Shown: positions 39,027 to 48,377 of the stretch, in pieces | Numbering within the stretch: the stretch's first letter is position 1 | Layout of the letters: every line of letters starts with the position of its first letter | Source: an uncultured delta proteobacterium | GTDB taxonomy: Bacteria > Myxococcota_A > Polyangia > Polyangiales > Polyangiaceae | Reading direction: 5' to 3' | DNA: 64,000 bases | Assembly: GCA_963696385.1 (NCBI GenBank) | Contig: CAVOKF010000005.1 | Span: 256,001-320,000 of the forward strand | The notes under the pieces: generated by a model | The model's database searches: none | What the model was told of the DNA's origin: nothing | What the model saw: only the letters and a program-made list of their open reading frames with translations | Program-made: the position numbers and the translations under genes

Positions 39027-40906
39027 GTGCGTTTCGCCCGAGCCCGTCGCCTGGTTGCGCTGGCGGCTTTGCTCGTTGCGTGCGCCGTTGCACCTACTTT
39101 GGCGTGTGCCCGTGTACAGGCGCGTAGCCGACCCGACGAAGTCGATAGTCGGGCCCGCGAGCGCGTGTCAAGCAACGTCGAGCGTCGGGACTACGCGGGT
39201 TCGGCTGCGTGTGCGCGATGCCATGCCGCGATCGCGGCTGCGTGGGCACGATCGCCGATGCACCGGATGACGCGCGAAGCGAACGGCATCGAGGTCCGTG
39301 CACCGTTCGACGGCACGCGGTGGCGCTTCAAAGAGGACTCGGTCGTTCTGGATTGCCGCGGCGACGACCGGTTCTGCCACGTCGAGACCTCGCGTGGCGC
39401 TCGCAACGACTACCGTGTCACGATGGTTCTCGGGGGGCGCACGCGCGAAGATTTCGTCGGCGTCGACGTAGCGACGGGGGGCGACGAACTCGTGCTGCCC
39501 GTCTCGTACGTCTTCAAGACGGGCGCGCTTCGCTACAAAGGGTACTCGGTCATGGTGCACGAGCGCACCGGCTTGCGCGCCGGGCCGCGCTGGAAAATGC
39601 TTGCGTGTTTTGCCACAACACAGTCCCCCAAGTCGATCGCCTGCTGGGCGCACTCTGCGGACCGAAACCAAGTCCGTACCAGGGTGAACAAGTCGACCGC
39701 TGGCTCCCAATCGAGCGGCGCCAGACAACCAGCGTTGTCGAAAATGGCTCCTTCGCGCAGTCAGTGGCCGCGGAAACCGCCCATCTCGGGCACCGTTTGC
39801 GGGTTGAGTCAGGACCCCCCGACACGCTCGCGTGCCAGGCGATTGCAATTGTCCGGTCGCGTTTCGACCGGTCGTCGCTCGTGGAGGTGGGGATCGGTTG
39901 CGAGGCGTGCCATGGGGGTGCCCGCGAGCACGCGCTCGATCCCGGTGTGCGTCCGGCGCTGTCGCCTGTGGCGCCTTGGCTACGTGTCGACTTGCCGAAT
40001 CCGAGCACGGCCGCAGCGATCAATCGCGTCTGTGCGGGCTGTCATCAAGTCCTGTTCTCCCGCTATCCGTTTACGTGGGAGGGTGGCCGGCGCGATGCGG
40101 GTGCGGGCGGCAGCCACATCAACTCGGGCGAAGGCCGCGATTTTTTGCTCGGTGGGTGCACGAGTGCAATGGCGTGCACCGCTTGCCACGATCCACACGG
40201 ATCCGATGATGCCGTCGCTCTCGACGCTCTGGCGACCCCTGCCGGCAATGCGACCTGCACCCGTTGCCACGCCGATCTCGCCGACCGCGATCGCTTGCGC
40301 ACCCACTCTCATCACGACCCGGCGGGGGCAGGCGGGTCGTGTGTCGCCTGCCACATGCCGCGCAAGAACATGGGGCTCGACGGATCGCTCACACGCTACC
40401 ATCGGATCGGCTCACCCACTGACCCAGCCCGAGTCCTCGGAGATCGCCCGATCGAGTGTGCTCTGTGCCACGGTGATCGCAGCGTGGGGAGATTGGTGGA
40501 CGCGATGGAAACTTGGTGGCCGGTCCGATACCCCCGGCCGCAACTTGAGGAGCTTTATGGATCGTTGGATGCAAACGTGATCCGAGCGACGCTTGAGCGC
40601 GGAAAGCCTCACGAAAGGGCTGTTGCGATCGCCGCCCTCGGCGAGGCGCGCGCCCGTGACGCAGCTTCGCTGGTGGCGCGCGAGCTCCTCGACGAGTATC
40701 CGCTGGTTCGCGAATGGGCCAAGCGCGCGCTCACATCGATCCTGGGGCGTTGCGATGTGGACCTGGCGGCCGACGACGATACGATCTGGCGCCAGGCCGT
40801 GTCCTCTTGCGGCGGCTCGCTCGAAGCCGCTCCGGCGAAGGGACCTACCGGGCGGGGGCGGGGATCCGACGGGTCCGGGTCCTTGGACGAGGATCCGGAG
40901 GACTGA
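39027..40906 (+). CDS. Multiheme (8 x CxxCH) cytochrome c with C-terminal HEAT-like repeats, frameshifted near 39591-39597
   Basis: CARCH lies in the first frame. CVFCH, CEACH, CAGCH, CTACH, CTRCH, CVACH and CALCH lie in the second. One added base at TGGAAAATG joins them. Confidence 0.85.
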
Positions 40907-40909
40907 ACG

Positions 40910-41389
40910 ATGCAGAACGACGGCATTCGCATCGTCGACTGGTACCGCGCCGACCCGTGGCCTCGCATGCGGCGTACGCTGCTGACCGGGCCGGCCGGAC
41001 TGACGCTCGGTGCTTTGGCGGTCGCAGTGTCGTTCTTGACGTCGTCGTCGCAGGAGCTGCGAGCCTATGCGGCGGGGAGCGGACTCGCCCTCGTCGCGGG
41101 CGCTGCGATCTTCACCGTCGCTTCGATGCACGGCATCCTGCGCGACGAGGCATATCTTGCGATCCGAACGGACGGCGTGATCCTGCAGTACGCCTCGCAG
41201 CAGACTTTCGTCGGGTGGGACGCGCTCGCTCGCGCGCGCTGGGACGCGATGCGCAATGAGCTGGTGCTCGATCGAGCCTTCGGGGGCCCGCTCGTCATCG
41301 GGCGGGCGTTTGCGCGCATTAGCGGACCCGCGCTGGCGGATCGAATCGAGCACGCGCGGCGCAAGGCGGCCATGGGTCTGCTGCGGTGA
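40910..41389 (+). CDS. Hypothetical 2-TM membrane protein
   Basis: Starts 3 nt after the cytochrome stop. Two TM helices and a small beta domain. Confidence 0.7.
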   Translation: MQNDGIRIVDWYRADPWPRMRRTLLTGPAGLTLGALAVAVSFLTSSSQELRAYAAGSGLALVAGAAIFTVASMHGILRDEAYLAIRTDGVILQYASQQTFVGWDALARARWDAMRNELVLDRAFGGPLVIGRAFARISGPALADRIEHARRKAAMGLLR

Positions 41390-41534
41390 AGGGCAGTCCT
41401 TCGCCGCCGCACGTAGCACGGTTGCCGACGCGGTTTTTGCGTGCACGGCCAATGGTCCGGGGCCCCGGCCCGGTCTTGGCCGCCCCGCACGTCCAGGGCC
41501 AGCCGCACCGCTCCGTGCTAAAACGCGCCCGGCC

Positions 41535-42515
41535 GTGCCCTCGTCCCACGACCGCCTTCGCTCCCTGTACGCCCACAAGCCCGTCGTCCTCGCTCCGATG
41601 GAAGACGTAACGGACGTCGTGTTTCGCCGCCTCGCCCGGGGTTGCGGCGCGACGATCGCGTTGACCGAATTCGTTAACGTCGAAGGGCTTCTGCGCGGCT
41701 GCCGGAATGCGAAACGGAAAGTGGAGCTTGGGCCCGGAGACGAGCTCACCTCGATTCAGATCTACGGGGCGAACCCTGAACGCCTGAGGGAGGCGGCGGC
41801 CGTTGCGGAGGAAGCCCAGCCGCTGTCCATCGACATCAATTGCGGATGCTGGGTCCCGAAAATCGCGGGGCGTGGCGCTGGCGCCGGCTGGCTGCGTGAC
41901 CCGGCTGCGATGGTGGCGATGGCGCGTCTCGTCGTGTCGCGTGTGTCCCTCCCGGTCACCGTGAAGACCCGCGTCGGTCTCGGACCGGAATCGGACATGC
42001 CTATCGTGGATTTAGCACGACGGCTCGAGGACGCGGGCATCGCAGCCATCACCGTTCACTGCCGCACCGCGCAGATGGGGCATTCGGGGGTGGCAGACTG
42101 GTCGTGGGCGGCGCGGGCTCGCGCCGCCGTGACGATTCCGGTCCTCGTGAACGGCGACGTGCGGACCGCGCAGGACGCTCGACGAGCGATAGATGAGACA
42201 GGATGCGAAGGCGTGATGGTGGGTCGTCGCGCCATTGAGCACCCATGGATTTTTCGAGAAGCGAGGGGACTCTTGGACCGCGGACAGGTCGTCGCGGGCC
42301 CGACGGCGCAAGAGCGCCTCTCGCTGTGCGCCGAACACCTGATCGCGAATGCGCGGCAACGCGGGCTGCCGTTTGGGGTCCGTTGTACGCGTCGTCATCT
42401 CTTCGGCTACTTGAAAGGGCTCGCGGGCGCCGCCGATCTGCGCCAGCAGCTCAACGCGTGCGATTCGCTGGAGGGATCGCTCGCCATCCTACAGGGCGCA
42501 CGCGAAGCCGCCTGA
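41535..42515 (+). CDS. dus: tRNA-dihydrouridine synthase
   Basis: LAPMEDVTD, QIYG, DINCGC, VTVKTR, TVHCRT, NGDV and GVMVGR. Confidence 0.93.
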   Translation: MPSSHDRLRSLYAHKPVVLAPMEDVTDVVFRRLARGCGATIALTEFVNVEGLLRGCRNAKRKVELGPGDELTSIQIYGANPERLREAAAVAEEAQPLSIDINCGCWVPKIAGRGAGAGWLRDPAAMVAMARLVVSRVSLPVTVKTRVGLGPESDMPIVDLARRLEDAGIAAITVHCRTAQMGHSGVADWSWAARARAAVTIPVLVNGDVRTAQDARRAIDETGCEGVMVGRRAIEHPWIFREARGLLDRGQVVAGPTAQERLSLCAEHLIANARQRGLPFGVRCTRRHLFGYLKGLAGAADLRQQLNACDSLEGSLAILQGAREAA

Positions 42516-43633
42516 TGCCTCCGCGAAGTGCGGCGACGAAACGCGAGGCTTCCGGCTCCGCTGCCCGCCTGCCGATCGGCGTGCGTGTCGAGCGGGTCGC
42601 GGCAAGCACCTTCGTGCGATTGCCGCCGCGAGTGCTCCGCCGTGTCGTCGGCCACCCGATCCGGTCGCCCGATGGGTTCACTCTCGATCTGCAATCGCAG
42701 GCATTGCTTTGGTTGATTCGCGTGAGCGGAGCCGAGATGCACCGTGGCGACCTCACCCGTTCGCGGGGGCACTTCGATCGGGCGTCCCGGATCCTCGAGC
42801 CGAAGGCCGCTGGACCACTGCGGGTGTTCGACCGAGAGCTGCCCGGAGCCGTAGGCCCGCGGTCCGCGCGTGTGTACGTCTCGGCCACGGCGCCTCTGGA
42901 CTCCCGCCCTGCCATCGTATGGTTTCACGGTGGCGGCTTCGTCCTAGGGTCGATTGGATCGCATGACGGCGTGTGCCGCGCGCTGGCAAGCCAAGCCGGG
43001 GTCGTCGTGATCGCCGTCGACTATCGGCTTGCACCAGAGCATCGCTTTCCGGCGGCCCTCGAAGACGCGATCGCCGCGACACGGTGGACACTCGATAGCG
43101 GCCACCAAATCGGCGTCGATGCACGATTCGTTGCGGTGGGCGGCGACAGCGCGGGCGGCAATCTCGCCGCGGGCGTCGCCTTGGCCCTTAGAGGAGCCGC
43201 GCGCCGTCCCGCGTTTCAGCTGCTCGTGTATCCCGCCACGGACGCGACCCAGAAGGAGCCGTCCCATCGGCATTTTCGCGATGGCTTTCTTCTGACGGGT
43301 CAAAACATTGGCTGGTTTCTCGATCAATACTTGCCGGACGCGTGCCTGGCCACCGATGCCCGAGTCTCGCCCCTTCTGGCGGGGGACCTATCTGGTTTGG
43401 CGCCGGCGCTGACGATGATCGCAGGCTTCGACCCGCTGCGTGACGAGGGATACCTCTATTCCGAGCGGATGCGTGCGGCCGGCGTCGAGGTCGAGACCGT
43501 TTGCTCTCGAGGATCGCTGCACGGGTTTCTCAACACGGCGGGCGGTCTCGACGAGTCGGCTCGACTGCTTGCGCTCGCAGCCGAACGTCTTCGCCGCGCT
43601 CTCGGGCCGTCGGGCCGTGGGCAGGCACTCTGA
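42515..43633 (+). CDS. Alpha/beta hydrolase (HSL-family esterase/lipase)
   Basis: HGGGF, DYRLAPEH, GDSAGG, FDPLRDEG and HGF. Confidence 0.93.
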   Translation: MPPRSAATKREASGSAARLPIGVRVERVAASTFVRLPPRVLRRVVGHPIRSPDGFTLDLQSQALLWLIRVSGAEMHRGDLTRSRGHFDRASRILEPKAAGPLRVFDRELPGAVGPRSARVYVSATAPLDSRPAIVWFHGGGFVLGSIGSHDGVCRALASQAGVVVIAVDYRLAPEHRFPAALEDAIAATRWTLDSGHQIGVDARFVAVGGDSAGGNLAAGVALALRGAARRPAFQLLVYPATDATQKEPSHRHFRDGFLLTGQNIGWFLDQYLPDACLATDARVSPLLAGDLSGLAPALTMIAGFDPLRDEGYLYSERMRAAGVEVETVCSRGSLHGFLNTAGGLDESARLLALAAERLRRALGPSGRGQAL

Positions 43634-43765
43634 GGCCGGATCCGTCGCGCCCCGAGCCCATCGCGACCGGCGGCGCAGGGCGATTCCTTCTCGAACGACC
43701 GGAGCGCGCGCGGGCCCGTTTGCGGCCCGGCCGAGGATGCGGATCGATCGCCCGAGCCCGCCCCA

Positions 43766-44191
43766 TCACGTGGGTGTCTTGGTACGCGAGAGCGCGATCA
43801 CTGCGTCGAATTCGCCTTTCGTCACGGGCACGACCGAGAGGCGGGGTCGTCGCATCATCACCATTTTGCCGATGACCGCGTTCCGGCGCATCTCATCGAG
43901 CGACACAGGCCGGCCCAATGCTCGCACCGGCTCGATATCGACGGCGCTCCACTCCCCGTCCACACCGGTCGGGTCTGGGTATGCCGTGCGGGACACTCTT
44001 GCTAGGCCGACGACGGCCTTTCCTTCGTTCGAATGGTAGAAGAGACACAGGTCTCCTAGATTCATCGCGCGGAGGTGGTTTCGTGCCTCGAAATTTCGAA
44101 CCCCGTCCCAGCGGGTATGGCCGTCGGCGACGAGACGCTCGAAGGGATATTTGAACGGCTCACTCTTGATCGACCAAAACTGTCGCGCCAT
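43766..44191 (-). CDS. EVE domain protein
   Basis: WSIKSEP, WDGVRNFEARN, FYHS, AYPDPT and RLSVVPV. Confidence 0.93.
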   Translation of the reverse strand: MARQFWSIKSEPFKYPFERLVADGHTRWDGVRNFEARNHLRAMNLGDLCLFYHSNEGKAVVGLARVSRTAYPDPTGVDGEWSAVDIEPVRALGRPVSLDEMRRNAVIGKMVMMRRPRLSVVPVTKGEFDAVIALSRTKTPT

Positions 44192-44324
44192 GCCGCCGAC
44201 AGCATAGAGCGATTCTGCGGATTTGCGGTGGCCCAGAATCGGAAGGCCTCTTTCCGATTCGCGAAGGCCGGGTCACATCGGTCGTGCGCAACGACGGCTG
44301 CTTCGTTAGCGTGTGGCGGGCCCG

Positions 44325-45188
44325 ATGAGAGTACTTGCACTTGGGATCGTGACGTTCACCGCCTCTGCATGTGGCGCGTTGGCACCCGACGCCGCCGTTC
44401 CTTCGAATGCATCTTCCCCCGCCTCGCCGTTCGTCGATGCCCAAGCACCGGCGTTCGACGGCGAGGCTTCACCTGGCGCCCCCACGGCCGCGTTGGTCGC
44501 CGTGGAGCCCGCAGACGCCGATTTCGTCGTCGACGCCGCACCCGCGTCGTCGACCGCACCCGTGAGTGCGTGCAACGAGCAGCCGCCCCAGGACTTTCTC
44601 GTGCGCGGGAACTTTCTCAAGGCCGGTAAGGCGGGCTTGGATCGGGCGATTCAATACCGAACCGACCAGTATGGCTATTTCAAGGGCTTTGGCCGGCCTG
44701 GCCGCGATGCGCAGCCGGCGAGCGCCGGTGTCGTGGCCACCACGTTCATGGGTCTGCCCGTCCGCATGCATCGGAAAGTGGTCCCCGCGCTCAAGTGTGT
44801 CGAGGTCGAGATTTCACAGGTGTGCGTCGATCACCCCTACTCCCCGCACGCACTCGCCGGTATTCGCTATAGAAACACGTACCGCGGCGGCGAAGTGACC
44901 AATCACGCGTACGGCATTGCCATCGACGTCGATCCCTCGGTCAACACCTGTTGTGGGTGTGTGAGCCCTTGGAACGACGCTCCCGCCTGCAAGCGCCATG
45001 CGAAGTCCGAGTACGATCGCATGGCCATGCCGGAATGTTGGGTCCACGCGTTCGAGCGCTACGGCTTCTACTGGCTGGGTCACGACGTCCTCCGCGACAC
45101 GATGCATTTCGAGTTTCTGGGCGATCCGACGCGAATCCTGAAACCCGGTTCGTCGCCGGCGCCGATCGGTGGCGACGCGGGTTCATGA
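44325..45188 (+). CDS. M15 family metallopeptidase lipoprotein
   Basis: Lipobox-like ASAC, TNHAYGIAIDVD and DTMHFEF. Confidence 0.85.
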   Translation: MRVLALGIVTFTASACGALAPDAAVPSNASSPASPFVDAQAPAFDGEASPGAPTAALVAVEPADADFVVDAAPASSTAPVSACNEQPPQDFLVRGNFLKAGKAGLDRAIQYRTDQYGYFKGFGRPGRDAQPASAGVVATTFMGLPVRMHRKVVPALKCVEVEISQVCVDHPYSPHALAGIRYRNTYRGGEVTNHAYGIAIDVDPSVNTCCGCVSPWNDAPACKRHAKSEYDRMAMPECWVHAFERYGFYWLGHDVLRDTMHFEFLGDPTRILKPGSSPAPIGGDAGS

Positions 45189-45237
45189 GCGCGAGCGAAC
45201 GGTGCGTCGAAGTGCAACCGCCCGCCGGGATTGGGTG

Positions 45238-46488
45238 TCATGCCGATCCCATTCGCCGCGCGAAGAAGTTCACGAGCTCGTTGTGACGGGCCCGCGCGTC
45301 GCTGCGGCCCATTTCGATGAGCCGTCCCGCAAACTCCCCGTCGAAGAGGACGTACGTCAACAAGTCCGCCTCCTTCTCGCCCTCGCCGACGTGCCGCAGA
45401 ATGCGACCGATCATGGTTCGTGATCGTTTCGCGAACTCGGGGGAACGCACGTATTCTGCAGCGAGCACCCCGATGTCCTCGGACGCTCGGAGGTAGACGA
45501 CGTCGAGCGGTTTTACGGGGCTGTGCCCGCCGCGCGCGAGCTCGTCGTTGAGTGCATCGTTGAAGCCTGGTCCGAACCGCCGGGTACCGGCTTCAAGCAC
45601 GGAGTTGAGCTTTCGAAGCCGATTGATGTCGTTCTCGATCCGATCGAGCAACAGCGCGTTCATCGCCTTGCCCACGACGAAGAGCGGGTCGGGGTAGTCC
45701 CGCTCCCGTGCCTGGGCCAATTCCGCCGAGGGGGTTTCGTCCCGGATGAAGCGAGGATTGATGACGATGAGCCCGTCGGCTCCTAGCCTTCGCGCCGGCG
45801 ACAACGGCACGTTCTGCCGGAGGCCGCCGTCGCAGTAGAACTGCCCGTCGATGGCAACCGCCGGGAATAGCAAGGGTACGGCCGCGGACGCCAGAGCGTG
45901 CTCGGCGCGTATGACGGCCGCGCGCGCGACCATCGTCGGATCGCTCCCCCAGTCAGGCAGTCCGCCTTCGCCTCGCTGAACGAAGACGACTGTGCGGCCG
46001 CTCGCCACATGGGTCGTGGAGATGGACAGCGCCGAGAGAAATCCGTGTCGCATATTTTCGGCGATGACATCGAAAGGCACTGAATCGATGACGATTCGTT
46101 CAATGCCCCTTGGATCGAAAATGCCTCCACGCCGGGTGCCCTCCGTCTCGCGCCGCCCCGCTCTTCCAAACAATCGCGTGGCCAAGTGCACGAGCTCGCG
46201 GGGGGAAGGCCGGACGACTTCCTCGATCCGAAGGCTCGTCCACCGCCGCACCAGCATCGATGCACGCTGGCTCGGCTCGCTCGCGTAGGCCGCCAGCATG
46301 ACGGCATTGATGCTCCCGGCTGATGTGCCCGACAGAACGTCGACCGGCGTCGATCGTCCGAGAGCTCGCGCAATGTCGTCCATGACGTATTGCACGACCC
46401 CCACCTCGTACGCGCCCCGCGCAGCCCCTCCAGCGAGGACCAGACCGACCTTCGAGCGCGTCATAGGCGGTGTCGCGCCTCGGGACAT
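45238..46488 (-). CDS. Patatin-like phospholipase
   Basis: LAGGAARG, GTSAG and DGG motifs. Confidence 0.93.
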   Translation of the reverse strand: MSRGATPPMTRSKVGLVLAGGAARGAYEVGVVQYVMDDIARALGRSTPVDVLSGTSAGSINAVMLAAYASEPSQRASMLVRRWTSLRIEEVVRPSPRELVHLATRLFGRAGRRETEGTRRGGIFDPRGIERIVIDSVPFDVIAENMRHGFLSALSISTTHVASGRTVVFVQRGEGGLPDWGSDPTMVARAAVIRAEHALASAAVPLLFPAVAIDGQFYCDGGLRQNVPLSPARRLGADGLIVINPRFIRDETPSAELAQARERDYPDPLFVVGKAMNALLLDRIENDINRLRKLNSVLEAGTRRFGPGFNDALNDELARGGHSPVKPLDVVYLRASEDIGVLAAEYVRSPEFAKRSRTMIGRILRHVGEGEKEADLLTYVLFDGEFAGRLIEMGRSDARARHNELVNFFARRMGSA

Positions 46489-46649
46489 CTAAGACCAATC
46501 TAACTCGGCGCGCCGCCTCGTCTCCTTCAATCGATGCGATTGAGACGAGCTGTCGGTCGGTCTCCCGCCGTCGTCGGCGCATCGATTGTTTGTCGAAGCG
46601 CCAGCCCCTTGAAAATGGGAGTCTCACGGCGTAGGTAGCACCATCCGAC

Positions 46650-46814
46650 ATGTCCACCGCCGAAGAGATCGCGCAGAAGCAGTTCGACGAAGACGACAAG
46701 CGGTGGACGGGGCCGAAGTTGGTTGGGCTGGGAGCGCTCACGCTCGCGATCGCGCTCTCGCTCATTTACTTCATGTCCACGTCGACCGGTTGTTCGCTCC
46801 AATTTGTTCCCTGA
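46650..46814 (+). CDS. Small single-TM protein (54 aa), below the ORF-track cutoff
   Basis: MSTAEEIAQKQFDEDDKRWTGPKLVGLGALTLAIALSLIYFMSTSTGCSLQFVP, GC-rich at third positions. Confidence 0.7.
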   Translation: MSTAEEIAQKQFDEDDKRWTGPKLVGLGALTLAIALSLIYFMSTSTGCSLQFVP

Positions 46815-46826
46815 CGCTTCTCGCAC

Positions 46827-47504
46827 TCAGGGGCCGGATGTGAGCGAATGCAAGCATCCGTCCAGGCCTCCCGAACACCCCTGGGCGACGCACTGCGCAA
46901 CGGTTTCTTGCCCCCGGTCGTTCAGGCCAGAGAGAAGCGCCGAGCAGGCGCTCTCCGTCGTGGAGCATGGCGTCTGCGCGATCTGGCATAGCTGAACGAC
47001 GGACGGATCCAGGCAGGCCTCTGCAAGAGCGATCTGCGCGCACGCGTCGGCTTGGCTCGAGTCGCACAGTTGCCTGCGCGTCAGCGAGGCCAAGCACGAG
47101 ACGGCGGACGCGGCGACCTTCGGATCGAAGTACGCTTGGAACTCTGCACAACGCTTTCGAGGGCTTGTTGGGGGCGCGCAGCTCGGGAGCGGCGCGCGGA
47201 TGATCTCGCAGTCGGGTACCGGGAACGTTCCCGTATCAAGGCAGCCGACGGCCGTTGAAAGTTCGGGTGCCGAAGCTCTTAGGGCGCTTCGCGAGGTCCG
47301 ATTTGCATATGGCTGAGCCGGCTGATAAGGCCATGGTTGAGCGGGAGGAGGCGGGGGCGGAGGCGGTTTGCGACTTGGCGCGGGCACAACCGCCGTCCGC
47401 TGCTCGTAAACGGGAGCGGGCGGCGGTGGTTCGTCGACGTAAAAGTGGCAGCCCTCGGCGCCGAGCACGCCCGCGACAGCGAGAAATACCCGACCGAACT
47501 TCAT
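46827..47504 (-). CDS. Cys-rich hypothetical lipoprotein
   Basis: Signal peptide ending AEGC, Pro-rich linker and more than 12 Cys in the C-terminal half. Confidence 0.75.
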   Translation of the reverse strand: MKFGRVFLAVAGVLGAEGCHFYVDEPPPPAPVYEQRTAVVPAPSRKPPPPPPPPAQPWPYQPAQPYANRTSRSALRASAPELSTAVGCLDTGTFPVPDCEIIRAPLPSCAPPTSPRKRCAEFQAYFDPKVAASAVSCLASLTRRQLCDSSQADACAQIALAEACLDPSVVQLCQIAQTPCSTTESACSALLSGLNDRGQETVAQCVAQGCSGGLDGCLHSLTSGP

Positions 47505-47737
47505 GCCGAACGCCTCCTCAGCACCCGGAATGGCCCTCGCACGAGAGCGCTTACAGTAGCAGCGACGTTACTGCGGATCCCGGCACATCCGCGAAAAAAG
47601 GCATCCCCGCTAAAAAAAGGACGCCCAACGGCGATGCCGTGGGCGGGGTGGGATGCGCCCCGCCGCAAGCCCCGCGAAGCGATCTATCGCTGGCCCTCGA
47701 CGCGGGCAGCTCGGGCGTGCAACAATGGGCGGTAGCC

Positions 47738-47947
47738 ATGGCCGACCAAGAGCACAAGAGCGGTCCGGACGTCTCGAAGAGCGACAAGCGCAAGCAAAGT
47801 CTTTATTTCCCCGAAGCGATGCTTGAGGAAATTCAAAAGGAAGCGCAGCGACTTCAACGTTCGATGTCCTGGGTAGTGCAGCGCGCATGGAAGCACGCGC
47901 GCCGAGAGATCAAAGGAATCCCGGGCTCCAATGAGCCCGGGGGCTGA
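47738..47947 (+). CDS. Myxobacterial small protein of TIGR04563 (MXAN_4361/4362) type, ribbon-helix-helix-like
   Basis: DKRKQSLYFPEAMLEEIQKEAQRLQRSMSWVVQRAWK, recognised from memory of the family consensus. Confidence 0.85.
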   Translation: MADQEHKSGPDVSKSDKRKQSLYFPEAMLEEIQKEAQRLQRSMSWVVQRAWKHARREIKGIPGSNEPGG

Positions 47948-47963
47948 AGCGAGGCAGGGCGCC

Positions 47964-48299
47964 TTACCGCGAGTAGTCCCGGTCGCGGGTGGATTGAGGC
48001 GGTGGGTGCGGACTCGGGGTCGCCGGCGCCTTTCCGTGGACGATCCAAAAGCCGCCGACGAAGGCCAGCAGAAACGCCGTAAGCGCCAGCAGGATGATGG
48101 CGAGCGGCTCGGCGTCGGTGCGCTCCACGAGCGATCGCGCCGCCCGCTTGATGGATTCGTCGCTGGCAGACCGTTCGATCGCCTTGGCTTCGGCACGGAC
48201 TCCCGCGTAATCGCCACGCGTGAAGGCTTCCAGCAGGGCCTCGATTCTTGGGTCCTCTGGAAGTTTGCGCGCGAACGCCGGCCGCCCGATCACCGTCAT
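47964..48299 (-). CDS. Hypothetical single-TM protein
   Basis: Helical N-terminal domain, then a hydrophobic helix and a Pro-rich tail. Confidence 0.7.
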   Translation of the reverse strand: MTVIGRPAFARKLPEDPRIEALLEAFTRGDYAGVRAEAKAIERSASDESIKRAARSLVERTDAEPLAIILLALTAFLLAFVGGFWIVHGKAPATPSPHPPPQSTRDRDYSR

Positions 48300-48377
48300 A
48301 ACCCAAGCCGGATAGCTTGCTTCATGTCGACCGTCATCAGGGCGGTTCGGTCGTCTGCGAGCCGTCGCGCGGCCGTC

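Noticed and set aside
22931..44191. PLD, UDG, Smr, NUDIX and EVE as a defence island
   Set aside because: They are scattered among housekeeping genes in different operons, with no helicase, methylase or compositional shift.
3468..45000. Many long antisense or alternate-frame ORFs (e.g. 3468-4901+, 5831-7207+, 8159-9574-, 34615-36312-, 40412-41749-)
   Set aside because: They are Arg/Pro-rich shadows of real genes, as expected in high-GC DNA, and carry no recognisable motifs.
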